DNA of 24,000 bases from Longicatena caecimuris (GTDB lineage Bacteria > Bacillota_I > Bacilli_A > Erysipelotrichales > Erysipelotrichaceae): the NCBI RefSeq assembly GCF_004341945.1, contig NZ_SMBP01000001.1:1-24000 (forward strand). Reading direction: 5' to 3'. The notes beneath the pieces were generated by a model. The model made no database searches. It saw nothing but the letters and a program-made list of their open reading frames with translations, and was not told the origin of the DNA. Below are positions 16,774 through 24,000 of the stretch, piece by piece. Numbering within the stretch: the first letter of the stretch is position 1; every line of letters starts with the position of its first letter. A program made the position numbers and the translations under genes.

Positions 16774-18274
16774 AGTAAAAGATATTATCAGTGACCCTAC
16801 ACTAACTTATCAGCAACAATTATTGGCATTAGCCAGATTGGCTGAAAACGATGATGATTCATTACCTTTAAAACCGGAGATGAAAAAGGCATTGGAGGAA
16901 GAAACTTTATGTGATTTAGGAGAAGGAAGAGCACCTTATCGCCCTCGCTATATCTTGCCGGATTATCAAAAGTTGATGAAAGAAGGTTGCGCATTTTTAG
17001 GCTTGCAGCCACCGACAGATATCTGGGAAGCTACCAATGCTTTATTAATTATGTACAAACATGTTCCAAGCATTACTTCTTTTCCTGTCTATCTGGGTAA
17101 CTTTGCTGATTTATTCACTCCATTTGATAAGGACGAAGAAGAAACGCGTAAAGCGTTGCGTCTGTTTTTGCTGCATATCGATAAAACGTTGACGGATTCT
17201 TTTGTACATGCCAACATCGGACCAGAAGATTGTCGTGTGGCAAGAATCATCTTAGATCTAACAAAAGAAATGCAGTTAGCAATACCAAATGTTACTTTAT
17301 TGTATGATCCAGAACGGACAAGCGATGAGTTTGCGAAAGCCTGCATTGATTGTATGCTGGCAACAGCTAAACCAAGCTTTGCTAATGATGTCATGTATCG
17401 ACAAGATGGTATCGGAGAATATGGCATCGCCAGTTGCTACAATGCGTTAAAGATCGGTGGAGGCGGTTATACGCTGCCAAGAATACGCTTATATAATGTA
17501 GCTAGCAAGGCAAAAGATAAAGCTGATTTCATGGAGCATATCTTACCATATTATGTAAACATGATGTTAGAATTTATGGACGATCGTATTCGCTATATCG
17601 TAGAGGAAAGTAACTTTTTCAAGGCTAATTTCTTGGTAAAAGAAGGCTTTGTTAAACGTGAAAACTTCACAGGTATGTTTGGTGTTGTAGGCTTGGCAGA
17701 ATGCTGCAACCATCTTTTAGGTATAAAAGATCCTAAGGAAGGTTATGGACATAATGAAAAAGCACATCAACTTGGTGTCGAAATCATGAATGCGATTGAA
17801 ACGATGGTAAAAAACCATCATGGTCTGTATTGTGAAGGCTGTCATAACCAATATGTGCTGCATGCACAGGTTGGTATCGACAGTGATGGCCGCGAAAATT
17901 CACCAGGTGCTCGTATCCCGATTGGCTGTGAACCGGATTTATGTGATCATATCGCTGTAGAGTGCAATTTCCATAAGTATTTTGTATCCGGAATCGGTGA
18001 TATCTTTAAATTTGATGATACATGGAACAATACACCGGATGCATTATTGGATATCATCAAGGGAGCCTTTGCTCAAGGTATGCGCTATTTTACCGGCTAT
18101 AATGCGGATAATGATGTAGTACGCGTGACCGGATATCTGGTAAAGAAAAGTGAAATTGAAAAATTGGACCGCCAAGAAGCAAGTTTGAATAATGTGACCG
18201 TGTTTGGACAGGGAGCACGTAACACAGCAAACGCTCTGGATCGTCGTGTATATGATGAAAGCGCCCGTAAATAA
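16766..18274 (+). CDS. yjjI: YjjI-family glycyl-radical enzyme (DUF3029 type), 502 aa, substrate unknown
   Basis: A C-terminal glycyl-radical fingerprint VVRVTGYLV is present (Gly codon 18131-18133). Size and layout resemble E. coli YjjI rather than 750-850 aa canonical GREs, and a dedicated activase lies immediately downstream. The start at ATG 16766 follows AGGAGGA (16751-16757) and overlaps the ftsK stop by 8 nt. The track start at 16715 lies inside the ftsK gamma domain. Confidence 0.85.
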   Translation: MSRVKDIISDPTLTYQQQLLALARLAENDDDSLPLKPEMKKALEEETLCDLGEGRAPYRPRYILPDYQKLMKEGCAFLGLQPPTDIWEATNALLIMYKHVPSITSFPVYLGNFADLFTPFDKDEEETRKALRLFLLHIDKTLTDSFVHANIGPEDCRVARIILDLTKEMQLAIPNVTLLYDPERTSDEFAKACIDCMLATAKPSFANDVMYRQDGIGEYGIASCYNALKIGGGGYTLPRIRLYNVASKAKDKADFMEHILPYYVNMMLEFMDDRIRYIVEESNFFKANFLVKEGFVKRENFTGMFGVVGLAECCNHLLGIKDPKEGYGHNEKAHQLGVEIMNAIETMVKNHHGLYCEGCHNQYVLHAQVGIDSDGRENSPGARIPIGCEPDLCDHIAVECNFHKYFVSGIGDIFKFDDTWNNTPDALLDIIKGAFAQGMRYFTGYNADNDVVRVTGYLVKKSEIEKLDRQEASLNNVTVFGQGARNTANALDRRVYDESARK

Positions 18275-19091
18275 GATCATTCCTTTTTCCAATGTAGATG
18301 GCCCAGGTAATCGCTGCGCCATCTTTTTTCAAAGCTGTCCCTTCTCCTGTTTGTATTGCCATAATCCCGAAACAATCCATATGTGCATGCATTGCGGGGA
18401 CTGCGTTACAACTTGTCCAACAAACGCTTTGACATTGGAAGCGGGAAAGGTCTTGTGGAATTCTGAGAAATGCGTAGATTGTGATACATGTATTCATACG
18501 TGTACGCATTTAGCATCACCTAAGATACGCTATATGAGCGTAGAAGAATTAGTTGAGCAAATCAAAGCTAAAAAAGCTTTTCTGCGAGGAATCACGGTGA
18601 GTGGAGGAGAGTGTATGAATCATGCGGCTTTCCTATTGGACCTATTTAAAAAAGTAAAAAAGCTTGGGTTAACATGTTTGATTGACAGTAATGGGTATTA
18701 CGACTTTTCACAATATCCTCAGCTGATGGCAGTTTGTGATGGGGTCATGTTGGATGTCAAAGCAGTTGATGCAAAATTTCATCAATATCTTACCGGCTGT
18801 GACAATACTATGGTATTAAAAAATCTAGCGTATTTGTTACATACACAGAAGTTGGAAGAAGTACGTACGGTGATTTTACCTAATCAAGATTTACAAAATG
18901 AGAAAACAGTACGCTATGTCAGTGAGCTTTTGAAACAGCAAAGTCGATATAAACTGATACGGTACCGCCAATATGGAGTGCGTGAAGAAGGTTTGAAAGC
19001 GCTGGGAAATACAACGGTTTCGCAAATGTATGTGGCTCAGTATAAGCAAATCTGTGAGGAAAATGGTAATACGACTTCGATCATAATCTAG
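18252..19091 (+). CDS. yjjW: YjjW-type glycyl-radical enzyme activating enzyme (radical SAM)
   Basis: IIPFSNVDGPGNRCAIFFQSCPFSCLYCHNP contains the CX3CX2C radical-SAM cluster. Two ferredoxin-like motifs follow: CMHCGDCVTTCP and CVDCDTCIHTC. ITVSGGE is the SAM-binding motif. It is collinear with my recollection of E. coli YjjW. The start is at ATG 18252 (or 18255), overlapping the yjjI end by 23 nt with no strong SD, which suggests coupling. Confidence 0.85.
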   Translation: MMKAPVNKIIPFSNVDGPGNRCAIFFQSCPFSCLYCHNPETIHMCMHCGDCVTTCPTNALTLEAGKVLWNSEKCVDCDTCIHTCTHLASPKIRYMSVEELVEQIKAKKAFLRGITVSGGECMNHAAFLLDLFKKVKKLGLTCLIDSNGYYDFSQYPQLMAVCDGVMLDVKAVDAKFHQYLTGCDNTMVLKNLAYLLHTQKLEEVRTVILPNQDLQNEKTVRYVSELLKQQSRYKLIRYRQYGVREEGLKALGNTTVSQMYVAQYKQICEENGNTTSIII

Positions 19092-19113
19092 GGCTTTGTA
19101 AGGGCTTAATTTC

Positions 19114-19142
19114 TTGACAAAAGATAAGATTAATTGTAAACT
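19114..19142 (+). promoter_or_regulatory. Sigma-A-type promoter for the BMP lipoprotein gene
   Basis: TTGACA (19114-19119), 17-nt spacer, TAAACT (19137-19142). Confidence 0.55.
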
Positions 19143-19187
19143 TTTGATAGGACCATTAGGAAGGTCGAATAAATGGAGGAGAACCTT

Positions 19188-20255
19188 ATGAACAAATTTG
19201 CAAAACTGAGTTTGGTCGCGATGATGGCTGCGACAACTCTTGCCGGTTGCGGCAGCAAAGACGATGGTGACAGCAAGAAGAAAGACTGTCCGGTAAAAAT
19301 CGGCTTTGTTACGGATACCGGTGGTATTGATGACCACTCATTCAATGAGGGTTCATGGAAAGGTATTGAAAAGTTCGCAAAAGACAATAATATCAGTACG
19401 GACTGCATCAAGTATCTACAATCAAAAGGTGATGCTGACTATGAACCAAACCTAAATCAGTTATCAGAAGATGGTTATGATTTAGTTGTTGCAGCTGGTT
19501 ATAAATTTAATGATGCAATGGCAAATGTATCAAAAGCAAATCCAGATACAAAATTCTTGGTAATCGATACGGTGATTGATTCTGAAAACGTACAGAGTGC
19601 TACCTTTAAAGCAGAAGAATCTTCTTATTTAGCTGGTGTGGCTGCAGCTATGCAGGCAAAGGCTGAAGGCGGAAATGCTGTTGGCTTTATCGGTGGTGAA
19701 GATGTTGATTTGATTCGTGCTTTCCAGGCTGGTTTTGAACAAGGTGTTAAATCAGTAGATAAAAACATCAAAATTTATGTAGATTATGCTGGTGGTTATG
19801 ATAAAACGGAAAAAGGTACATCTTTAGCTGAAAAACATTACTCTGCAGGCGCTAAGGTTATTTATCACGCAGCAGGTGGTACTGGAAACGGTGTCTTCGC
19901 TGCAGCCAAAGACCGCGCTAAAAAAGGTGAAAAAGTTTGGGTTATCGGTGTTGATTCCGATCAGTTCAGCACAGGTATCTATGATAAGAAAGAAAATAAA
20001 TCTGTAACTTTAACTTCTGCTTTGAAACGTGTAGATGCTGTTACAGAGGCTGTTTCTAAATCTGTATTGGACAACAAGTTTAAAGCTGGTTTACAGACTT
20101 ATGACAGTTCAAATGATGGTGTAGGTTTACCTGATGAAAATCCTAACCTGTCTGATGACATCAAGAAAGCTGTTGAAGATGCATCTGCTAAAATTAAATC
20201 TGGTGAAATCAAAGTTTCTGCAGAACGTACGATTGCTCCAGGAAGCAACGGTTAA
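19188..20255 (+). CDS. BMP-family (PnrA/TmpC/NupN-like) ABC transporter substrate-binding lipoprotein, probably nucleoside-binding
   Basis: Lipoprotein signal peptide MNKFAKLSLVAMMAATTLAGC with lipobox LAGC. BMP-family blocks are present: KIGFVTDTGGIDDHSFNEGSWKG, GYDLVVAAGYKF, FIGG and VIGVDSDQ. The start is at ATG 19188 (GGAGGA SD). ATG 19173 also has an SD (AGGAAGGT) but would add an acidic MEENL prefix. Confidence 0.88.
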   Translation: MNKFAKLSLVAMMAATTLAGCGSKDDGDSKKKDCPVKIGFVTDTGGIDDHSFNEGSWKGIEKFAKDNNISTDCIKYLQSKGDADYEPNLNQLSEDGYDLVVAAGYKFNDAMANVSKANPDTKFLVIDTVIDSENVQSATFKAEESSYLAGVAAAMQAKAEGGNAVGFIGGEDVDLIRAFQAGFEQGVKSVDKNIKIYVDYAGGYDKTEKGTSLAEKHYSAGAKVIYHAAGGTGNGVFAAAKDRAKKGEKVWVIGVDSDQFSTGIYDKKENKSVTLTSALKRVDAVTEAVSKSVLDNKFKAGLQTYDSSNDGVGLPDENPNLSDDIKKAVEDASAKIKSGEIKVSAERTIAPGSNG

Positions 20256-20274
20256 TTATTTCTACATATGTGAT

Positions 20275-20303
20275 AAAGTCTCTCTTGTGAGAGACTTTTT
20301 TTG
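20275..20303 (+). terminator. Intrinsic terminator after the binding-protein gene
   Basis: AAAGTCTCTC (20275-20284), loop TTGT, GAGAGACTTT (20289-20298), with the T-run continuing to 20302. Confidence 0.8.
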
Positions 20304-20379
20304 CATGAAAGAGAGTAACGTAAAGATAAAAAAGTTATTCTTTTCCTGTCTGTTTTTGTATATTTCCTAATAAAAAATA

Positions 20380-20388
20380 TGATATAAT
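20380..20388 (+). promoter_or_regulatory. Extended -10 promoter element upstream of the ABC ATPase/permease genes
   Basis: TGaTATAAT at 20380-20388 in an AT-rich region. No convincing -35 is present. Confidence 0.45.
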
Positions 20389-20400
20389 AAATCAGTAATG

Positions 20401-20476
20401 AGCAATCATTTGCGTAACTCGCCTACTACATGGAGTGTGTGAATCCTTTGTAAGATATGAGTACGCATGATTTGCT
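20401..20476 (+). promoter_or_regulatory. Candidate structured 5' leader element: long imperfect rod-like hairpin
   Basis: The 5' arm 20401-20420 (AGCAATCATTTGCGTAACTC) pairs with the 3' arm 20459-20476 (GAGTACGCATGATTTGCT). This gives 17 bp in four helical segments (3+5+5+4) separated by bulges at T20473, TT20409-10 and A20416. The helix encloses a 38-nt apical region with a possible ACA..GGA/TCC..TGT sub-helix. Confidence 0.35.
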
Positions 20477-20509
20477 ATAACGAAAACATTATTTTCGTAT
20501 ATTGTTTTC
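20477..20509 (+). promoter_or_regulatory. Terminator-like hairpin or palindromic operator just upstream of the ATPase SD
   Basis: ACGAAAA (20480-20486), loop CATTA, TTTTCGT (20492-20498). TAT/ATA extensions are possible. It is followed by ATATTGTTTTC. It sits between the large hairpin and the AAAGGAGGA SD (20518-20526). Confidence 0.35.
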
Positions 20510-20531
20510 ATGAATCTAAAGGAGGAAACCT

Positions 20532-22058
20532 ATGACTTATGCAGTTGAACTGCTGAATATCACAAAAGATTTTCCTGGTATTCGTGCAAATGACAATGTG
20601 ACTGTACGCCTAAAGCAAGGGAGCATTCATGCTTTGCTTGGTGAAAATGGTGCGGGAAAATCTACACTGATGTCCATTTTGTTTGGCTTATATCAGCCAA
20701 CCAGTGGAACGATCAAGGTAAATGGCAAAGAAGTCAAGATCAATGATCCAAATGATGCAACCCAGCTAGGCATTGGTATGGTGCACCAGCATTTTAAACT
20801 GGTGGAATGCTTTACAGTTACTGAAAATATCATCCTTGGTATGGAACCTACCAAATTTGGTATGGTAGATATTAAATCAGCGGCGAAGAAAATCGAAGAA
20901 TTTTCTAAGATGTATGGTTTAAATGTTGATCCATATGCCAAAATTTCCGATATTACGGTTGGCATGCAACAGCGTGTAGAAATATTAAAAATGCTCTACC
21001 GCAATGCAAACATTTTGATTTTTGATGAACCTACTGCTGTATTAACACCACAGGAAATTGAAGATTTGATGGAAATCATGCAAAAGCTGATTAAAGAAGG
21101 AAAAAGTATTTTGCTTATCACACATAAGCTGAATGAAATCAAGCAAGTTGCTGATGAGTGCAGTGTATTGCGTCGTGGAAAATATATCGGTACGGTCAAT
21201 GTTGCAGAAACATCGACACAGCAAATGGCCGAAATGATGGTCGGTCGTGAAGTGAATTTTAAGGTAGAAAAAGGACCCCATGCTCCTGGTGAGGTGGTTT
21301 TGGAAACAAGACATCTGAATGTAAAAAATAGTAAAGGCGTCTTAGGACTTAAGGATTTTAATTTAAGCGTACGGGCAGGGGAAATCGTTGGTATTGCTGG
21401 TATTGATGGAAATGGACAGGAAGAACTTGTGCATGCATTAAGCGGTTTGACCTCTGTAGAGAGCGGTGAAATTCTTTTGAAGGGTGAAAATATTACCCAT
21501 ACAAGCATTCGTGATCGTTTTGATAAAGGAATGGGACATATACCAGAAGATCGTCATAAGCATGGACTCATACTTGATTTCCATTTAAAAGAAAACTTTA
21601 TTATTCATGAATATGATCGTAAGCCATATTGTAAAAACATGATCATGCAACAAGATGTTATGGATGCGTATGCTGATAAACTGATTGAAGAATTTGATGT
21701 GCGAAGCGGTGAAGGTAAGGATTCCCTTACACGCAGTATGTCCGGTGGTAATCAGCAAAAAGCAATTATTGCCCGTGAGATTGAGCGCAGTCCCGATTTG
21801 TTGTTAGTCGTACAACCAACGCGTGGTTTAGATGTTGGGGCAATTGAATACATACATAAAAGAATCATCGCTGAGCGTGATGCAGGAAAAGCCGTTCTTC
21901 TAGTATCTTTTGAGTTAGATGAAGTTTTGGATCTTTCCGATCGTATCGTTGTTCTATTTGATGGACATAAAAATGGGGAAATGCTGGCAAAAGATACGGA
22001 TGACAAGGAATTGGGTCTTTATATGTCAGGTTCAAAGAAGGGAAGTGAAGATGAATGA
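20532..22058 (+). CDS. ABC transporter ATP-binding protein with duplicated ATPase domains (NupO/YufO/RnsA-like, partner of BMP systems)
   Basis: The first domain has Walker A GENGAGKST, the signature variant VGMQQRVEI and Walker B ILIFDEPT. The second domain has a degenerate Walker A GIDGNGQEE, signature MSGGNQQK and Walker B LLVVQPTRGLD. Confidence 0.93.
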   Translation: MTYAVELLNITKDFPGIRANDNVTVRLKQGSIHALLGENGAGKSTLMSILFGLYQPTSGTIKVNGKEVKINDPNDATQLGIGMVHQHFKLVECFTVTENIILGMEPTKFGMVDIKSAAKKIEEFSKMYGLNVDPYAKISDITVGMQQRVEILKMLYRNANILIFDEPTAVLTPQEIEDLMEIMQKLIKEGKSILLITHKLNEIKQVADECSVLRRGKYIGTVNVAETSTQQMAEMMVGREVNFKVEKGPHAPGEVVLETRHLNVKNSKGVLGLKDFNLSVRAGEIVGIAGIDGNGQEELVHALSGLTSVESGEILLKGENITHTSIRDRFDKGMGHIPEDRHKHGLILDFHLKENFIIHEYDRKPYCKNMIMQQDVMDAYADKLIEEFDVRSGEGKDSLTRSMSGGNQQKAIIAREIERSPDLLLVVQPTRGLDVGAIEYIHKRIIAERDAGKAVLLVSFELDEVLDLSDRIVVLFDGHKNGEMLAKDTDDKELGLYMSGSKKGSEDE

Positions 22059-23158
22059 AAAATAAAGATGCTTTAAAAATATCACTTCTGGCAATTCTGT
22101 TTGGTGTTTTGTTAGGAGTTGTTATCCTTCTCTTAACAGGACGTGATCCTTTCTATTTGTTTTATGGTTTAGTGCGTGGTGCCAGTGGTCTAGATTTAAT
22201 CAAAGGTGGCTCTATCAATCCGCGTTATATCGGTGAATTTATTGTTGCTAGTATGCCAATTATTTTAACAGGACTATCGGTTGCCTTTGCTTATCGTACC
22301 GGTTTGTTTAATATCGGTGCAGAAGGGCAGCTAATGGTGGGAGCTTGTGCATCTATTGCAACTGCCGTCTTATTCCCACAGATTCCTGTTGTTCATATGC
22401 TAGTTTCTGTATTGGCAGGCATACTTGCGGGGGCTGCATGGGGCTTTTTGCCGGGAATCTTAAAGAGTAAGTTTAATCTTCATGAAGTTGTTATTTGTAT
22501 CATGATGAATTATATCGGTATGTACTTAGCTAATTATGTATATGTACAACTTCCGGGTTCGGATACGTCACGAACAGCTTTGATACCGGAATCGGCAAGC
22601 TTAAGCAATTCTTTCTTTGAATCTTTGACGAACCATTCACGTTTAAATCTAGGTATTTTCTTTGTCATCCTAGCTGTTTTGGCATATTGGTTTATCATTG
22701 AGAAAACAAGCTTTGGGTATGGCTTGCGTGCTACGGGTTTTAATAAAGAAGGTGCTCGTTATGCCGGCATGAAGGTAGAACGTAACATCGTCTATTCTAT
22801 GATGATTGCTGGTGCAATGGCTGGCTTAGCCGGTGCGATCATTTCCCTTGGAACTTTTAACTATGGACGTGTATTATCTTCTTTTGAAAATTATGGTTTT
22901 GATGGTATTGCCGTTGCCTTAACGGGTGCCTGCAATGCTATTGGTGTTGTATTAGCTGGCTTACTGTTCGGTTTGTTAAAGGTGGCACAGCCAATCTTAC
23001 AATCCGTAGGTATTCCTAAGGAAATCGGAGAGATTATATCAGCTGCTATCGTATTATTTGTGGCAATGCAGTATGGCATTCGCATTATATTAAATAAGTT
23101 ATCGAAATTGCGTCATAAAAAGGACGCAAAAGAGCCGAAGGGAGAGAAGAGTGTATGA
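22055..23158 (+). CDS. ABC transporter permease (NupP/YufP-like, BMP-system membrane subunit)
   Basis: A 367-aa polytopic membrane protein with FNIGAEGQ, GLRATGFN..GARYAGM and GFDGIAVAL blocks typical of this permease family. The start overlaps the ATPase stop (ATGA). Confidence 0.9.
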   Translation: MKNKDALKISLLAILFGVLLGVVILLLTGRDPFYLFYGLVRGASGLDLIKGGSINPRYIGEFIVASMPIILTGLSVAFAYRTGLFNIGAEGQLMVGACASIATAVLFPQIPVVHMLVSVLAGILAGAAWGFLPGILKSKFNLHEVVICIMMNYIGMYLANYVYVQLPGSDTSRTALIPESASLSNSFFESLTNHSRLNLGIFFVILAVLAYWFIIEKTSFGYGLRATGFNKEGARYAGMKVERNIVYSMMIAGAMAGLAGAIISLGTFNYGRVLSSFENYGFDGIAVALTGACNAIGVVLAGLLFGLLKVAQPILQSVGIPKEIGEIISAAIVLFVAMQYGIRIILNKLSKLRHKKDAKEPKGEKSV

Positions 23159-24000
23159 CCTTATTATTTCAGATGTTTCCTTTGGCACTTGGTGTCGCTA
23201 CTCCAATTGTTATATGTGCACTAGGTGGATTATTTTCTGAACGAAGCGGTATAGTAAATATTGCATTGGAAGGCATTATGCTTGTTGGAGCTTTCTTTGG
23301 TGCTACCGTTTCTTTATTGTTGGAAAGCTCTTTTGGTAGTTTAGCACCTTGGATCGGTATTTTAGCCGGTTTGTTGGCAGGTTGTCTGTATTCTTTAATA
23401 CATGCTTTTGTATCTGTAAGTTTAAAAGCAGATCAAACCATTTCTGGTACAGCATTAAATATGCTATCAACAGGACTTACTGTCTATCTATGTCAGATTA
23501 TCTTTAATGCACAGCGTTCTGAACAATTCATTGAAAGCTTTTCAAGAATATCAGTGCCCGTTTTAAAGGATATACCAGTACTTGGACCATTATTCTTCAC
23601 AAATGTATTTCCAACCTTTTATTTAGCGATTGCTTTGGCAATCATTACCTGGTTTGTTGTATTTAAGACAAAGTTTGGTCTGCATCTGCGCTCTTGTGGT
23701 GAGTATCCGCAAGCCAGTGCTTCCATGGGAATCCATGTGGAAAAAATGCGCTATATCGGTGTCTTGATTTCCGGTTGCTTAGGTGGTTTAGCAGGTGCTA
23801 TTATGGTACTGTCATTGGATGTTCAGTTTACAGTATTCTCTATTCATGGAATTGGTTTTATATCCATGGCTTGTTTGATTTTTGGTAAGTGGAAACCATT
23901 TGGCTGTTTAGGGGCCGGTATCTTCTTTGGTTTCTCGCAGGTGTTGAGTGATTATTCTGGACAGATTCCCTTCTTAAAATCACTGCCTAGTGAAGTATTC
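23155..24000 (+). CDS. Second ABC transporter permease (NupQ/YufQ-like); 3' end lies outside the window (not in the ORF track)
   Basis: ATG 23155 overlaps the preceding stop (ATGA), and the frame stays open for 282 codons to the window edge. Translation: MTLLFQMFPLALGVATPIVICALGGLFSERSGIVNIALEGIMLVGAFF...GLHLRSCGEYPQASASMGI...GFISMACLIFGKW. It is polytopic and paralogous to the preceding permease. Confidence 0.88.
   Translation, partial: MTLLFQMFPLALGVATPIVICALGGLFSERSGIVNIALEGIMLVGAFFGATVSLLLESSFGSLAPWIGILAGLLAGCLYSLIHAFVSVSLKADQTISGTALNMLSTGLTVYLCQIIFNAQRSEQFIESFSRISVPVLKDIPVLGPLFFTNVFPTFYLAIALAIITWFVVFKTKFGLHLRSCGEYPQASASMGIHVEKMRYIGVLISGCLGGLAGAIMVLSLDVQFTVFSIHGIGFISMACLIFGKWKPFGCLGAGIFFGFSQVLSDYSGQIPFLKSLPSEVF

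Noticed and set aside
20134-20370. 78-aa ORF spanning the end of the lipoprotein gene and the following intergenic region
   Set aside because: It is out of frame within the BMP gene and reads straight through its intrinsic terminator. It has no SD and its sequence is low-complexity.
20380-20531. Tested whether the ABC leader is a purine, 2'-dG, preQ1, ZTP or ykkC-type riboswitch, or a T-box
   Set aside because: It lacks the three-way junction and the conserved junction sequences I recall for purine-class aptamers (such as UAUAAU... and ...CCGACUAUG). It also lacks other class signatures and is too short for a T-box. I kept it as an unassigned candidate rather than naming a class.
1-24000. 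Scan for CRISPR repeats, tRNA or rRNA genes, toxin-antitoxin pairs, phage or defence genes
   Set aside because: I recognised no regularly spaced repeats, no tRNA T-arm-like GGTTCGAATCC-type signatures, no rRNA-like sequence and no small paired ORFs of TA type. Apart from the IS fragment, the window reads as core housekeeping DNA.

Overview
This window looks like chromosomal core DNA from a low-GC Gram-positive bacterium (Bacillota). The gene order mirrors Bacillus subtilis blocks, and the RNase P RNA is the Firmicute type B. All homology calls come from reading the translations and remembered family motifs; no database search was run.

Left to right:
- 3' end of an IS3-family transposase gene (cut by the window edge)
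- recU-ponA operon on the minus strand; the class A PBP carries an unusual C-terminal FIVAR-like repeat pair and an Asn-rich tail
- divergent gpsB, followed directly by rnpB
- rodZ-like gene, pgsA, cinA (PncC domain only), recA
- rny, ymdB
- a 57-aa 2x[4Fe-4S] ferredoxin missing from the ORF track, with its own promoter and terminator
- miaB
- an RNase J paralogue with degenerate catalytic motifs
- ftsK
- a YjjI-family glycyl-radical enzyme and its YjjW-type radical-SAM activase, translationally coupled to ftsK
- a BMP-family (nucleoside-type) ABC uptake system: lipoprotein, duplicated ATPase and two permeases, the last cut by the window end and absent from the ORF track

The most interesting locus is the orphan YjjI/YjjW radical-enzyme pair and its context. 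Second is a promoter plus structured leader with a terminator-like palindrome, inserted between the binding-protein gene and the ATPase gene.

I found no CRISPR array, tRNA, rRNA, toxin-antitoxin pair or obvious defence island. Most of the window is ordinary housekeeping DNA.
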